Source of the DNA: Candidatus Nomurabacteria bacterium
Lineage (GTDB): Bacteria > Patescibacteriota > Minisyncoccia > Phycocordibacterales > UBA1006
Length of the DNA: 64,000 bases
Assembly (NCBI GenBank): GCA_020632195.1
Contig: JACKGA010000002.1
Span: 66,896 to 130,895, forward strand
Direction: 5' to 3'
The notes under the pieces were generated by a model. That model saw nothing but the letters and a program-made list of their open reading frames with translations. It had not been told where the DNA came from and did not search any database. Position numbers and translations under genes: made by a program. Numbering within the stretch: position 1 is the first letter of the stretch; each line of letters begins with the position of its first letter. Positions 1 through 8,749 of the stretch are shown one piece after another.

Positions 1-282
1 CTCAGCTGCTCGCTTTGAAGCATACTCCTCTTTTTTCTTTTCTTTATAAAAAGCTTTATGGATGTCCTTGATAAAATAAGAGTCCATCCTGTGCTCTATT
101 TTTGGAAAAAAGACACCTGGGATGATATCCAGTGTCGTTTCTCCTTTTTCATTGTAAAAATTTGTTGGCATTACATTGGAAAACGCCATAATAAATTCTT
201 TAGATACGTTTTTTCCTAAAAGAGGTCTTAATGTTTCTTTCCAATCTTGAATGGTCATGATATCTTGCATTGAATCACACAT
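1..282 (-). CDS. hypothetical protein, 3'-partial (runs off the window start)
   Basis: The minus-strand ATG at 282 opens an uninterrupted 94-codon frame to position 1 (MCDSMQDIMTIQDWKETLRPLLGKNV...). It is absent from the supplied track because there is no stop inside the window. No family recognised. Confidence 0.35.
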   Translation of the reverse strand, partial: MCDSMQDIMTIQDWKETLRPLLGKNVSKEFIMAFSNVMPTNFYNEKGETTLDIIPGVFFPKIEHRMDSYFIKDIHKAFYKEKKKEEYASKRAAE

Positions 283-543
283 ATTTATTTAATTTTAAAG
301 GTTAAAAATTTAGTTCATCTACCAACATATACTCTCAAAAATATCTTGTCAAATATGATACGTATGTTAGTATCCAGAGGTCACAGTATTAATAAATATA
401 CCTCTGTCCCAAAGACCTCTCTACGATATGTCTTGCCTACTGATGTGGCCAGTAGTACTAACGTTTCTTTTTTATAAGATCCGTGCAGAGCAACATAATC
501 ACAAGTGCTTAGCTGCTCGTTTTGAAAAATAATCTATATTTTT

Positions 544-574
544 CACTTGTAACTTTTCACTTGCAACTTTGTAT
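544..574 (+). promoter_or_regulatory. rpsB 5' leader made of four heptads (CACTTGT AACTTTT CACTTGC AACTTTG)
   Basis: Read directly. The array is also a 14-nt direct repeat (12/14 identical) and ends 3 nt before ATG 575. A TATATT box lies at 535-540. No Shine-Dalgarno sequence. Confidence 0.5.
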
Positions 575-1246
575 ATGAATATTCCTACACAGGAAGCTAT
601 GTATGAGGCGAGTGTCCATGTCGGATATTCTCGTTCTCGTCGTCACCCATCGGTGACATCATCTCTTTTTGGGATGAAGCATCGTATGGACATTATCAAT
701 CTCCAAGCTACTGGAGATCAGATGCAATCCGCACATGATTTCTTGAAAACTGTTTTGGCGACAGGGAAAAAAGTCCTTTTTGTCGGCACCAAGCCAGAAA
801 CCAAACGTATGGTCGAAGACACGGCAAATAAACTCGATATGCCGTATGTCACCAAGCGTTGGGTTGGCGGAACTCTGACCAACTTTAAACAAATTCGTTC
901 TCGTGTTGATATGTTGAACGATTTGCAAGAGCGTACCGAAGCTGGGACACTGGTGTATCGCACTAAAAAGGAACACCTCTTGCTAAAGCGCAAAATGGCA
1001 AAACTCGATCTCAACTTTGGTGGTGTTCAAGATATGAAATCACTCCCTGGGGCTGTTGTAGTCATTGATCCCAAAAAAGAACATCTTGCAGTAGCAGAAG
1101 CACGCCGTCTTGCTCTTCCAGTTATTGCTCTGGCCAATACTGATTGTGATATTAGTATTATTGATTATCCTATTGTGGGAAATGATGCTAACGTGGATAG
1201 CGTAGGACTTGTACTCAATACCCTTACTGATGGGGTAAAAAATTAA
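575..1246 (+). CDS. rpsB: 30S ribosomal protein S2
   Basis: Sequence ...VHVGYSRSRRHP...VLFVGTKPE...KRWVGGTLTNF... matches S2 conserved blocks. The track ORF starts at TTG 569, but ATG 575 is preferred. The gene sits in the conserved rpsB-tsf pair. Confidence 0.95.
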   Translation: MNIPTQEAMYEASVHVGYSRSRRHPSVTSSLFGMKHRMDIINLQATGDQMQSAHDFLKTVLATGKKVLFVGTKPETKRMVEDTANKLDMPYVTKRWVGGTLTNFKQIRSRVDMLNDLQERTEAGTLVYRTKKEHLLLKRKMAKLDLNFGGVQDMKSLPGAVVVIDPKKEHLAVAEARRLALPVIALANTDCDISIIDYPIVGNDANVDSVGLVLNTLTDGVKN

Positions 1247-1355
1247 TATTTCTCAAGGAGTATTAATGTATTAACATAATATGGTTATAAGTAGGTAGCC
1301 AAAGGGAAGCGGTACTCAACTCTACCCATCTACTTGCTGATAACTACTCACTACT

Positions 1356-1817
1356 ATGAATATTTCAACTGAAGATATTAAAAAACTCCGCGATGAGACC
1401 GCTGTATCAATTGGAAAATGTAAAGAAGCGCTCGAAGAAGCAAAAGGCGATATGAGCAAGGCTCGTGAAATCTTAAAAGAATTTTCTCAAAAAGCCGCTG
1501 CTAAAAAAGCTGATCGTGAGCTTGGCGCTGGACTTATCGTCTCATACATTCACAGCAATGGACAAGTCGGGACGCTCCTTGAGCTCGACTGTGAAACCGA
1601 CTTTGTTGCCAAGAATGAAGATTTTGTTGCCCTGGCAAACGATATCGCCATGCATATCACCGCTATGATGCCAGAAGATATGGAAGCGCTTCTTGCGCAA
1701 CCTTTCGTCAAAGACCCAAGCAATACCGTAGAAGAGATGATCAAGCAAGGTATTCAAAAAATGGGTGAGCGCATCGAAATTAAGAAATACACACGCATGT
1801 CTGTAATGGAAGGATAA
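1356..1817 (+). CDS. tsf: elongation factor Ts (short form)
   Basis: N-terminal UBA-like block IKKLRDETAVSIGKCKEALEEAKGDMSKA and the TDFVAKNEDF core. The gene lies directly downstream of rpsB. Confidence 0.9.
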   Translation: MNISTEDIKKLRDETAVSIGKCKEALEEAKGDMSKAREILKEFSQKAAAKKADRELGAGLIVSYIHSNGQVGTLLELDCETDFVAKNEDFVALANDIAMHITAMMPEDMEALLAQPFVKDPSNTVEEMIKQGIQKMGERIEIKKYTRMSVMEG

Positions 1818-1841
1818 TTGATGGTATACTAGAAAAATCGT

Positions 1842-2132
1842 ATGTCTCAGACATTACTTATTCTTTTTTATATTGCACTTGGAGTACTTGCCGTTATCAT
1901 CGGGCGTGGTCTTTTGTTTCCTCAATATATATCAGCCAATGCGAGTAAGTCTATCTTTGATATTGCTACTATTGCACAAGGGGCGCGTGATTTCATGACA
2001 TGGATTCCTCGCATTGTGCGTATGACACTTGTCAATCTTGCAAGCGGAGTAAGTCTGCTGATTAAAAATATCATGCATCGATTAGAACGCTATGGCGATC
2101 GACACGAACAAACAGAACACGATACGCTATAA
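1842..2132 (+). CDS. hypothetical small membrane protein
   Basis: 96-aa ORF with an N-terminal hydrophobic helix (LLILFYIALGVLAVIIG). No family recognised. Confidence 0.45.
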   Translation: MSQTLLILFYIALGVLAVIIGRGLLFPQYISANASKSIFDIATIAQGARDFMTWIPRIVRMTLVNLASGVSLLIKNIMHRLERYGDRHEQTEHDTL

Positions 2133-2136
2133 AAAG

Positions 2137-2164
2137 TTGACTCCCCTTTTAAAATTGCTATTAT
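2137..2164 (+). promoter_or_regulatory. sigma70-type promoter for tRNA-Thr
   Basis: TTGACT (2137-2142), a 16-nt spacer, then TGcTATTAT (-10 at 2159-2164). A leader hairpin (cttgccgtgcac...gtgcatggcaag) lies between the promoter and the tRNA. Confidence 0.6.
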
Positions 2165-2200
2165 GCTTGCCGTGCACATATGACGTGCATGGCAAGACAA

Positions 2201-2276
2201 GCCAGCATAGCTCAGTTGGTAGAGCATCGGTTTTGTAAACCGCAGGTCGTCAGTTCGAGTCTGACTGCTGGCTCCA
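2201..2276 (+). tRNA. tRNA-Thr (anticodon UGU), CCA encoded
   Basis: Manual cloverleaf. The acceptor GCCAGCA pairs with TGCTGGC. D arm is GCTC/GAGC. The anticodon loop is TTTGTAA. The T arm is GTCAG-TTCGAGT-CTGAC. The discriminator is T, followed by CCA. There is one T-C mismatch at 27-43. Confidence 0.9.
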
Positions 2277-2281
2277 AAAAA

Positions 2282-2311
2282 GTAAAAGCTCCCGTTGGGA
2301 GCTTTTACTTT
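2282..2311 (+). terminator. rho-independent terminator after tRNA-Thr
   Basis: Perfect inverted repeat gtaaaagctccc/gggagcttttac followed by TTTG. Confidence 0.75.
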
Positions 2312-2382
2312 GTAAAGTTTCTTATAGTTGAGCTGGCGAAGATTGACACAAGAGAAACGCTCATACCACTTCCCTTACAAAA

Positions 2383-2391
2383 TGCTATACT
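2383..2391 (+). promoter_or_regulatory. extended -10 box (TGcTATACT) 8 nt upstream of the pilin ATG
   Basis: Read directly. The spacing implies a leaderless or near-leaderless transcript. Confidence 0.5.
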
Positions 2392-2399
2392 GTCAGCAT

Positions 2400-3074
2400 A
2401 TGCACAATAAAGGTTTTACACTTATTGAACTTCTTGTCATTATTGCGATTATTGCAATCTTGGTAGGAATTGTTGTGGGAGTATTATTACCTGCACGGCT
2501 TAAGGCAAAAGATGCTGCGGTGATATCATCAGTGGCAAGCTATCGAACACAAGCTCAGCTCGTTTTTGCTGGAGACTTTACAGGACTCTGTGCTAGTAGC
2601 TCATTTGCAGAAATCGAGGACTATATTCTTTCTCAAGGAGCAATACTTGATTCATGTGAAGATTATGATGATTATTATCGTGTTGTGATTGGTCTACCAA
2701 GCGCTTTTGCTGTGAGCTCATTTCCAGCACGCGCCTATGCTGCCGGTGAGGATGGGTATTGTATAAATTCACTTGGTGATTCGAGGCGCGTCATCTTGGC
2801 AGAAGTCTCACAGATAGAAGCTCCATCTTGTACACGCAATAGTGATACAGGAGGTGTCTCTACGGTACCTCTTCAAACAGCCCCTACCTATCAACTCCTC
2901 TGCGAGCCTTCCTGTTCTGGTAGAAAATGTCTTGCAGAATCGTACCGGCCTGCTTGTTATGAAACAAATACTGCATTTGATAAAAAAAACCAAATCACAA
3001 GCACCCAGGTTGACCTATCGTTGTGCACAACAGAACCAGTACGCTGCTCTTCATCTGGAACTATTATACCCTAG
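2400..3074 (+). CDS. type IV pilin-like protein (prepilin N-terminal cleavage/methylation motif)
   Basis: MHNKGFTLIELLVIIAIIAILVGIVVGV carries the G|FTLIE prepilin motif plus a hydrophobic helix. The C-terminal half has several Cys. The track ORF starts earlier (2328), inside the tRNA terminator region. Confidence 0.8.
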   Translation: MHNKGFTLIELLVIIAIIAILVGIVVGVLLPARLKAKDAAVISSVASYRTQAQLVFAGDFTGLCASSSFAEIEDYILSQGAILDSCEDYDDYYRVVIGLPSAFAVSSFPARAYAAGEDGYCINSLGDSRRVILAEVSQIEAPSCTRNSDTGGVSTVPLQTAPTYQLLCEPSCSGRKCLAESYRPACYETNTAFDKKNQITSTQVDLSLCTTEPVRCSSSGTIIP

Positions 3075-3151
3075 TGATTCAATCCTAAGATTTACTCTAC
3101 GAATAAACCACCCTAAAAGAGTGGTTTATTGCACTAGCCTACGGTTATGTC

Positions 3152-3547
3152 CTACTCCTGATCATCTCCATCGACCATATCCTTTACTTTTTCTTTCGTA
3201 TCTTCGATCTTTTCTTTCATGTCTTCTTTCAAGTCAGTTATTTTTTCTTTTGCTGTATCCATCTTGCAAGACGCGCAGGTCCCGTCATCACAACATTTTC
3301 CTGCATCACATGCTCCATCATCACATTTTTTGCCTTTACATTTTTTACATGGACAACCAAAAAGGAGTACCAGGCCTGAAAGCCCAACAGCAATGTATAC
3401 AATATGAGTGAGAATATTAGGAAGGAGCCAAGCTACAAAATCCCAATTAAAAATACCAACCAGAAGCCAGTTGAGCGCACCAATAATAACAAGAATCCAC
3501 ATGATTTTCATACCCATGCAACTTTTTTTTGTACCATTCTTTTTCAT
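3152..3547 (-). CDS. DUF378-like small membrane protein with Cys-rich and charged C-terminal extension
   Basis: IIGALNWLLVGIFNWDFV resembles the DUF378 (YuzA-like) signature. The tail is CPCKKCKGKKCDDGACDAGKCCDDGTCASC followed by a K/E/D-rich segment. The exact start is uncertain (several Met). Confidence 0.7.
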   Translation of the reverse strand: MKKNGTKKSCMGMKIMWILVIIGALNWLLVGIFNWDFVAWLLPNILTHIVYIAVGLSGLVLLFGCPCKKCKGKKCDDGACDAGKCCDDGTCASCKMDTAKEKITDLKEDMKEKIEDTKEKVKDMVDGDDQE

Positions 3548-3705
3548 ATGAGAGGTTATCGGGCTTCTAGAGAGAATAGGACTCTTCTTTAAAAGAAATC
3601 GGTCAGACCCTCTAAAAACCTATTATAATTAATAAATGAATAAAATGAAGTGTTATATCTCCAATGCATACTATTATATCATATACACAAAAAAACCAAG
3701 AGAAT

Positions 3706-3978
3706 TTATAGCTGTACGACGATGACACCCTCGCCTCCTTCATGACGTTTTGCAAAACGATACCGATATCCCCATGCAATAAGGAGCTCTTGTGTCAAAA
3801 CGCGTACTACTGGACCATTGGGGCCGGAGTGATGTCCTTTCCCCACAATAATATGTATCAACATGTATCCATGCTCTTTGGCATCTAACATACATGCCTG
3901 AAGTTCATCAGTGACCTCGTAACTATGTACACCATGTAGATCATAGACGGCTTGTGGTTCCTGAGGATATTTATTCAT
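3706..3978 (-). CDS. Smr domain protein (stand-alone)
   Basis: 90 aa with DLHG...IHIIVGKGHHS, the Smr LHG and GKG motifs. Confidence 0.7.
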   Translation of the reverse strand: MNKYPQEPQAVYDLHGVHSYEVTDELQACMLDAKEHGYMLIHIIVGKGHHSGPNGPVVRVLTQELLIAWGYRYRFAKRHEGGEGVIVVQL

Positions 3979-4061
3979 ACAAGAGATATTTTCTACACCC
4001 TAAAGATGTGTGGCATTCCACAATGTGGTTCTCTCTTCTTCGGGGGAAAGGTAGATCTTAT

Positions 4062-5297
4062 TCAATAATCCAAAAGCTTTCTCACTTTTTCATTTGATCG
4101 AATCTTTTCATGGACCTTGGCTTCAATCTGACGAATACGTTCACGTGTCACACCAAACTCGCGACCCACTTGCTCAAGCGTATGACTAATACCATCATGA
4201 AGTCCATATCGCATTTCAATAATACGTTGTTCTTTTTCGGTCAAGTCTCCAAGAATTTCATGGATCTGGTCATGGAGAATACGTTTTGATACATCAGTAC
4301 TTGGCTGCGCCACCATATCATCCGCAATAAAATCGCTTCGCGCTGATGACTCATCGCTATCATTTGAAATCGGCTCCTCAAGTGAAAGTGTGTTTTGATT
4401 GATTTTTTCAATCATATGGATTTTCTCCACTTCAATTTCCATTTCAGCGGCAATTTCTTCTGGCAATGGCTTTCGCCCTAAATCTTGTGAAAGTTTACGA
4501 TAAATTTGCTTATACTTTGAAATTGTTTCCACCATATGCACAGGGATACGAATAGTCCGCGACTGATCGGCGAGCGCACGAGTAATTGACTGACGAATCC
4601 ACCAGGTCGCATAGGTTGAAAATTTGTACCCTTTGGTCCAATCGAATTTATCAACCGCCTTGAAAAGACCCAAATTCCCTTCTTGAATAAGATCAAGAAG
4701 TGTCAGATCGGGACTACGTCCTACGTATTTCTTGGCAATAGAAACCACCAAGCGTAAGTTTGCTTTGGCCAAGAGGTTACGTGCTTCTTCATCCCCCCGT
4801 TCGATACGCTGGGCAAGTTCACGCTCATCGGCTGCCTTGATCAATGGATACTGTCCAATTTCTTTGAGATACATTTGGATAGAATCGTAGGCACTTCCTG
4901 AGGTACGTTCGTATTCCTTGAGATTCAAAAGCCCGCTCATGGTGTCGTCTTCTTCATCGCCTTCCATCGCTAGAAGGTTGACCCCCTCGGAAATAACCAC
5001 TCCCGCACTCTCGAGCGCCTGATAGATTTCATCCAGAAAAAGAATATCTGTCTCGATCTGTGGAAATGATTTGAGGATCTCATCATAGGTAACAAAACGA
5101 CGATTTTTCCCTTTTTCGACGAGCTGCTGAAGCAACTCTTCCTTAGAAAGCTTTGGTATTGCCTTTTTTGCAGGAGTAGTTTTAGAGGTGCTTTTAATTT
5201 TTTGAGTCTTTGTCGTGGTTGGCTTTTTGGTTGCAGGCGTTTTTTTTGACGCCGACGCGGGAGCCTTTTTGGTTGTGGCTTTTTTCTTGATTGCCAT
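4062..5297 (-). CDS. rpoD: RNA polymerase sigma factor RpoD (sigma-70), with K/T/A-rich N-terminal tail
   Basis: Regions 2-4 are recognisable (...[34 protein letters not shown]..., ...[20 protein letters not shown]...). ATG 5297 (MAIKKK) is preferred over the track GTG 5345. The gene follows dnaG as in the classic operon. Confidence 0.95.
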   Translation of the reverse strand: MAIKKKATTKKAPASASKKTPATKKPTTTKTQKIKSTSKTTPAKKAIPKLSKEELLQQLVEKGKNRRFVTYDEILKSFPQIETDILFLDEIYQALESAGVVISEGVNLLAMEGDEEDDTMSGLLNLKEYERTSGSAYDSIQMYLKEIGQYPLIKAADERELAQRIERGDEEARNLLAKANLRLVVSIAKKYVGRSPDLTLLDLIQEGNLGLFKAVDKFDWTKGYKFSTYATWWIRQSITRALADQSRTIRIPVHMVETISKYKQIYRKLSQDLGRKPLPEEIAAEMEIEVEKIHMIEKINQNTLSLEEPISNDSDESSARSDFIADDMVAQPSTDVSKRILHDQIHEILGDLTEKEQRIIEMRYGLHDGISHTLEQVGREFGVTRERIRQIEAKVHEKIRSNEKVRKLLDY

Positions 5298-5306
5298 GTG
5301 TTTGGT

Positions 5307-5312
5307 ATTGTA
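5307..5312 (-). promoter_or_regulatory. -10 box TACAAT 9 nt upstream of the rpoD ATG (inside the dnaG 3' end)
   Basis: Read directly on the minus strand: cgTACAATaccaaacacATG. Confidence 0.45.
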
Positions 5313-5344
5313 CGGATTTTCAGTGGTAAGTAAATAAGACAGCA

Positions 5345-7048
5345 CTACACCTCATTCATCTTTTCTCTTACTTCGTGTATCTTTTTGCGTAATGCCTCGA
5401 CTTCTGAGAGCTGTGTAGCTGTATTGAGCTCGCGTTCTTGCCTATATAATTTCCCAAGAACAATCTGCAATCCCAAACCGCGGACAAAGACCCCAGCCGA
5501 ACGCGCATCGGGCTGTTCCATATGTACACGGATAATCAACTCATCAATGAGCGATCCAAACGTTTCATATACATCTGTATACTGTATATCGAGTTGATAT
5601 TCTTGAAAGAGCTCATCCACTTGTTGAATGAGTCTTTCTTTTTGTTCATTATCTTCTCTCCCTTCCAAATACCCAACCAACATTTCTTTAGGGGAAAGGA
5701 GTGACAAAGCCCCGCGAGCTTCTGATGTCTGATCTTTTCTATTTGGAATCTTCCGTATGAACCCCGTTGTCCAAGCTTGGAAATCTTCGTGCACCGCCTG
5801 TATAGAAGTATTCATAATACTCTGTACCCGCTGGAGATAATGATCACGTAAAATAGGATTGGTATAGCCAGCAATCAGATCATAGACATCGGCATGCAGT
5901 GCCTTTAGTCGAGCATGTGGGTCACCTATTTCATCTCGAATACGTTCGAGGCGTACATCAATATAATCCCTCGGCGACGCAATCAATTCTTTCCAGGTGT
6001 CTTTGTTTGCGTGAATAACATCCGCAGGGTCTTTCCCATCGGGCATCACGACTACTTGTACTTTCATATCTTCACCCGTTGCAATACGCACACTGCGCCC
6101 TGCTGCCTTGAGGCCCGCATCATCTCCATCAAGTGCTAAAATTACCGTATTGGTAAAACGCTTGATAAGCTTACAGTGGTATGGAGTCAAAGCGGTACCT
6201 GATAGCGCCACAGCGTTTGTCGCTCCGGCTTGGTGCGCCATCAGGAGGTCAATTTGCCCCTCAACAATATAAACTTTATCTTCTTGCTTCATAACCTGCT
6301 TGGCACGATCATAACCGAAAAGAATTCGAGATTTATCGTACAATTCGCCTTCAGGACTGTTTACATATTTACCGATGCGCGATGTGTCTGTCTGAGAATC
6401 AGGAAGCGTATAAATACGACCAGAAAATGCCACCGGCCTCCCCTGCCCATCAAAGATCGGAAACATAATGCGCTCTCGAAAACGATCATAGATACCTTTT
6501 TTACCGTCTATTGCCAAACCTGCACGCTTGATGAGATCATCAGTAAAACCTTTATTTTTGAGTATATCTGTCAGATGTTGCCAGCCCGCCGGCGCATATC
6601 CCACGTGAAAATTTACCAGTGTCTCTTTGGTAAGCCCACGCTCATTGGTGAGATAGTCGACAATGGCTGGTGTCTTACGCAACTGTACTTCATACCAGCG
6701 CATTGCCAGATCCATAATTTTATATAAATGCTCACGTTCGCTTTTTTGTTCTTTAGCTTCGGAATGATAAGTGAGTTCGACGCCCGCGCGGTCAGCCAAA
6801 AGCTTCAGCGCTTCTTTGAATTCTAGTCCTTCGATTTCCTGGATAAAAGAGAAAATATCCCCACCTTTGCCGCATCCAAAACATTTATAAATACCTTTGT
6901 CGGGTGTCACATAAAAAGACGGGGTTCGTTCGTTGTGAAACGGACAACACGCCCGCATGTTTTTTCCCGCGCCTTCCAATGAAACATATTCACCAACGAT
7001 TTCTTCAATGGTCAGGCGATCTTTGATTTGTTGGACATGGTCGTTCAC
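5345..7048 (-). CDS. dnaG: DNA primase
   Basis: Zinc-ribbon [13 protein letters not shown]...CFGCGKGGD and a Toprim region (IVEGQIDLL...LDGDDAG). The start codon is GTG. Confidence 0.95.
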   Translation of the reverse strand: MNDHVQQIKDRLTIEEIVGEYVSLEGAGKNMRACCPFHNERTPSFYVTPDKGIYKCFGCGKGGDIFSFIQEIEGLEFKEALKLLADRAGVELTYHSEAKEQKSEREHLYKIMDLAMRWYEVQLRKTPAIVDYLTNERGLTKETLVNFHVGYAPAGWQHLTDILKNKGFTDDLIKRAGLAIDGKKGIYDRFRERIMFPIFDGQGRPVAFSGRIYTLPDSQTDTSRIGKYVNSPEGELYDKSRILFGYDRAKQVMKQEDKVYIVEGQIDLLMAHQAGATNAVALSGTALTPYHCKLIKRFTNTVILALDGDDAGLKAAGRSVRIATGEDMKVQVVVMPDGKDPADVIHANKDTWKELIASPRDYIDVRLERIRDEIGDPHARLKALHADVYDLIAGYTNPILRDHYLQRVQSIMNTSIQAVHEDFQAWTTGFIRKIPNRKDQTSEARGALSLLSPKEMLVGYLEGREDNEQKERLIQQVDELFQEYQLDIQYTDVYETFGSLIDELIIRVHMEQPDARSAGVFVRGLGLQIVLGKLYRQERELNTATQLSEVEALRKKIHEVREKMNEV

Positions 7049-7056
7049 TGTCCTGT

Positions 7057-7062
7057 ACTATA
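7057..7062 (-). promoter_or_regulatory. -10 box TATAGT 8 nt upstream of the dnaG GTG start
   Basis: Minus strand reads ccctcTATAGTacaggacaGTG. Confidence 0.45.
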
Positions 7063-7114
7063 GAGGGTTTTGTGGGGTTGGGCAAGATTAACTCCACCAC
7101 TAAGACCACAACCT

Positions 7115-7143
7115 TGTCATCCCGGGCTTGACCGGGGATCTAG
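7115..7143. repeat. solo end fragment of the GTGTCATCC MITE-like family
   Basis: tgtcatcccgggcttgaccggggatctag resembles the hairpin-bearing end of the elements at 40922, 54832 and 59600. Confidence 0.5.
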
Positions 7144-7155
7144 GGGGATAACTAA

Positions 7156-7909
7156 TTAACCCTCAAGCCATGTAATAACTGCATCATTCACGAGACGAAT
7201 CTGATCCTCATGCTTTCTATAATCATGTTGAACTCCTTTTAAAATCACAAACTTTTTATTTCTTTTAATCTTTTTAAAATAATTTTCTATTAATACAGGA
7301 GGAACCTTTGTATCTTTTTGACCTGCAATGAGAAGGATTGGGCACATGATATGAGTAAGATCTACTCTTTGAGAATATATCTCTTCAACAATTTTGTAAG
7401 GGACTTGGTATATAATCTCAGTATCTTTTTTAGGATGACTCCGTTTACTAATACGAAAACCGCTCTTCCTCCATTCAGTCTTAGTCTCGAGAATATCTCT
7501 ACTTAATGGACACATAATCCCAACAACTTTTTCTATCAAGTGTGGGTATTCTATAGCAAAAGCAACTGAAACCATACCGCCCATACTGTGCCCAATTAAT
7601 GTGATGGGTAATGTGCCATATTCCCTAATTACAAACCGCAGTATGGTATTAATATCATCTTCATATTGCTGAAACCCAAAAGCCCCTATATCCCCATCGC
7701 TTTCCCATGTTCCAAGTGGATCAAAACGGACAACCAAAAAAACCGTTCTTGCGAAGATTTTCTGCAAGTATTACCAAATGAAGATAATCTTTCGAATCTA
7801 GATAACCTTGACATAGAATATCTATACCCTTCGGGGTATTAAGAGGCTCATGAATGGTAAGAGCGAGATTAAGTCCAGTTTGTGATGAGGGGATAAAAAT
7901 ATTTTTCAT
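7156..7909 (-). pseudogene. alpha/beta hydrolase split by a 1-nt frameshift in a T7 homopolymer
   Basis: Two overlapping ORFs (7721-7909 and 7156-7767) join as ...LAENLRKNGF|VVRFDPLGTWESDG... if one T of the run at 7736-7742 is removed. The GHSMGG nucleophile elbow lies in the downstream part. Confidence 0.7.
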
Positions 7910-7921
7910 ACACTATTAAAT

Positions 7922-8704
7922 TTATACCTCCATCTCCCCCTCAAACACAAACGTCGCTGGTCCCTCGAGCCATACATTAGTAAATCCTTGTTCGGGCGAA
8001 TAATCAAAAGAAATCGTCAGTACGCCCCCAGGCATATGAATAGCCACGGGCGATGTGACACCCTTCTGCTCGGCAAGCGCGAGCGCTACTGCGGTCGCAC
8101 CCGTACCACAGGCGAGTGTCTCGTCTTCTACGCCACGTTCGTAGGTGCGCACATGCCATTGACCATCAATGTGTTCGACATAGTTCACATTCACACCATC
8201 CTTTTCGCTACATCGATCACGTAATTTGCGTGCCTCGGTGACAATAGGAAATTCTTTTAAATTTGGAACATATTGAATATGATGCGGAGTCCCTGTAGAG
8301 ACGAATGTCAATCCGTTTTTCTCTTGAATAGCTTTCACATCAATCATATCGATCTTTACCTTTCCTTCGGAAACCAGTATCCCCTGATGAGGAGCATCAG
8401 GACCCATAAAGGTAATTTCTTGATTCTGTTCGATGATTCCTAGTTGGTGCGCAAACGCCACAATACATCGCCCGCCATTACCACACATAGATCCACGACT
8501 CCCGTCACTATTGGCGTAGAACATTTCAAAAGCTTGTTCATCGTGGTTTTGCAAAAGGATAATCCCATCAGCCCCCACGCCAAACTTGCGGTCGCAGAGG
8601 CGTGCAATCAATTCTTTGTTTTCCCAATCAAACCACTCTTCCCTATTATCGAGCATGACAAAATCGTTGCCTGCACCATTGTATTTGTAGAATATGATAT
8701 TCAT
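7922..8704 (-). CDS. dapF: diaminopimelate epimerase
   Basis: FYKYNGAGNDFVMLDN, the catalytic region SMCGNGGRC and the second Cys motif LACGTGATA. Confidence 0.9.
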   Translation of the reverse strand: MNIIFYKYNGAGNDFVMLDNREEWFDWENKELIARLCDRKFGVGADGIILLQNHDEQAFEMFYANSDGSRGSMCGNGGRCIVAFAHQLGIIEQNQEITFMGPDAPHQGILVSEGKVKIDMIDVKAIQEKNGLTFVSTGTPHHIQYVPNLKEFPIVTEARKLRDRCSEKDGVNVNYVEHIDGQWHVRTYERGVEDETLACGTGATAVALALAEQKGVTSPVAIHMPGGVLTISFDYSPEQGFTNVWLEGPATFVFEGEMEV

Positions 8705-8710
8705 ATTCCA

Positions 8711-8716
8711 ATTATA
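8711..8716 (-). promoter_or_regulatory. -10 box TATAAT 6 nt upstream of the dapF ATG
   Basis: Minus strand reads ttgtTATAATtggaatATG. Confidence 0.45.
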
Positions 8717-8718
8717 AC

Positions 8719-8739
8719 AAAAAACACCCCGCAGGGTAT
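8719..8739 (-). terminator. putative terminator after rpoC
   Basis: Minus-strand hairpin ataccc-tgcg-gggtgt followed by a T6 run. The stem is modest (6 bp including one G-U). Confidence 0.45.
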
Positions 8740-8749
8740 TTTTTGAACA

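Noticed and set aside
2180-2410. Track ORF overlapping tRNA-Thr
   Set aside because: It is read straight through the tRNA and its terminator. The tRNA cloverleaf is convincing and the ORF has no recognisable product.
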